Shown here: positions 62,994-64,000 of the stretch, piece after piece
Layout of the letters: each line of letters opens with the position of its first letter
Position numbering within the stretch: position 1 is the stretch's first letter
Source of the DNA: an uncultured Acidobacteriota bacterium
GTDB taxonomy: Bacteria; Acidobacteriota; Thermoanaerobaculia; UBA5066; DATFVB01
Assembly: GCA_963813155.1 (NCBI GenBank)
Contig: CAWEYG010000003.1
Span: 982,372-1,046,371 of the forward strand
DNA: 64,000 nt
Reading direction: 5' to 3'
Notes under the pieces: generated by a model
Seen by the model: the letters and a program-made list of their open reading frames with translations, nothing else
Database searches by the model: none
What the model was told of the DNA's origin: nothing
Program-made: the position numbers and the translations under genes

Positions 62994-63442
62994 TGTCCGG
63001 GTCGGTCCGGGCACCCCGGCCCACACGCGCCGACTTCGTGCACTGGTCGACCGCGACGACCCGCTGGGCCGACCTCGACGGCTTCGGCCACATGAACAAC
63101 GCGCGCTACTTCGAGCTGATCGACACCGCCATCGACGTGCACCTGCAGGAGGCCATCGGCGGAGCCGTCGACACGCTCGATGCGATCGGCGTCTTCGCCG
63201 AGGTGTCGTGCCGCTACTTCCGCGAGATCGGCTACCCCGCCCCGATCGACCTCGGGGTGGTCGTCGACCGGGTCGGACGGACGTCGGTCTCCTACCGCGT
63301 CGGCCTCTTCCAGGGTGACGACGACGCCGCCGCGGCCGAGGGCCGGGTGGTGATGGTCTACGTCGACAACACGGACCCGGCGCGTCCGGCCACGCCGCTC
63401 CCCGACGTGGTCCGGACCGCGGTCGACGCCCTGGTCCGGTGA
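62993..63442 (+). CDS. Acyl-CoA thioesterase (4HBT/YbgC hotdog fold)
   Basis: RWADLDGFGHMNNARY, VGRTS. Confidence 0.9.
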   Translation: MSGSVRAPRPTRADFVHWSTATTRWADLDGFGHMNNARYFELIDTAIDVHLQEAIGGAVDTLDAIGVFAEVSCRYFREIGYPAPIDLGVVVDRVGRTSVSYRVGLFQGDDDAAAAEGRVVMVYVDNTDPARPATPLPDVVRTAVDALVR

Positions 63443-63449
63443 GTCCCCG

Positions 63450-63846
63450 GTGAACCGCGACCCGCGCGTCGACGACTATCTCGACGGGCTACCCTGACTG
63501 GCAGCGCGCGACACTGCAGCAGGTGCGCGAGGTGCTCGGCCGCACCGACCCCGCCATGACGGAGACCATCAAGCGGACTGTCCAGCCCTACTTCGTCCTC
63601 GAGGGCAACGTCGCGGCCTTCCTGGCCGCCCGTGACCACGTGAACGTCTTCGTCTACGACGGCGGGATCGTCCCCGACCCCCACGGCCTGGTCACCGCCG
63701 GGCAGGAGAACAAGACGGCCCGCACGATCGGGTTCGGTGAGGGTGACGTCGTACCCGAGGAGGCGTTGCTGGGGTTCTTCCGGCGCCTGGTCGCCGACAA
63801 CCGGGCAGGTGGGTGGCGGACGCTGAAGGACCGACCCCCGGGGTGA
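63450..63846 (+). CDS. DUF1801 (YdhG-like) protein; frameshift near 63493
   Basis: DPRVDDYLDGLP.WQR, ETIKRTVQPYF. Confidence 0.8.
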
Positions 63847-63889
63847 GTCGTTTTGACGACGGTCACGGTGGGCATGCAAGGGTGAAGGC

Positions 63890-64000
63890 ATGTGGTTCCT
63901 AGTCGTCGCCATGCTCGTGATCCTGGTGCTCGCCGGGGTGGTCGTGCTCTATGTCGCGTTCCCCCACCGCGGCGAGGACGTGCCGGCCGCGCCCTGGCTC
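63890..64000 (+). CDS. Small membrane protein, truncated by window end
   Basis: MWFLVVAMLVILVLAGVVVLYVAFPHRGEDVP. Confidence 0.6.
   Translation, partial: MWFLVVAMLVILVLAGVVVLYVAFPHRGEDVPAAPWL

Noticed and set aside
53811-64000. Horizontally acquired actinobacterial island
   Set aside because: Contains core genes (rnc, mutM, smc), begins mid-gene and has no mobility functions; assembly artefact is far more parsimonious

Overview
This very GC-rich, indel-rich sequence (many single-base frameshifts, probably a long-read metagenome assembly) consists of two unrelated pieces joined at about 53,810. Positions 1-53,810 look like an Acidobacteriota (probably Thermoanaerobaculia-like) chromosome. 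That part carries an rsbW-rsbV-polyprenyl synthase operon, five tRNAs, a ClC-CBS-RCK_C transporter, lexA and a ThiE-AroK fusion. It also carries accBC, a pilMNOPQ cluster followed by a lipoprotein, a giant IPT/TIG surface protein, a TPR protein and a roadblock protein. Further along are rpmB, relA/spoT, yajC-secDF, a fused aconitase-family enzyme, a giant sigma54 activator, aroA and a truncated lpxH. Positions 53,811-64,000 are Actinobacteria (Nocardioides-like): truncated rnc, mutM, an S53/S8 peptidase, an MFS pump, a rhomboid-like protein, smc, a thioesterase and DUF1801. Five signals stand out. (i) A family of long, rod-like fold-back intergenic elements: one full ~385-nt copy and three partial copies, one of which appears to supply a lipoprotein start and signal peptide. 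(ii) A lexA promoter with a TTAC-N7-TTAC direct repeat and a hairpin/U-tract leader. (iii) A nucleotidyltransferase gene pair flanked by a 65-bp stop-plus-terminator duplication at the 3' end of the pilus-linked adhesin. (iv) The ThiE-AroK fusion. (v) Repeated leaderless-type gene starts. All calls come from reading the sequence only; no searches were run.
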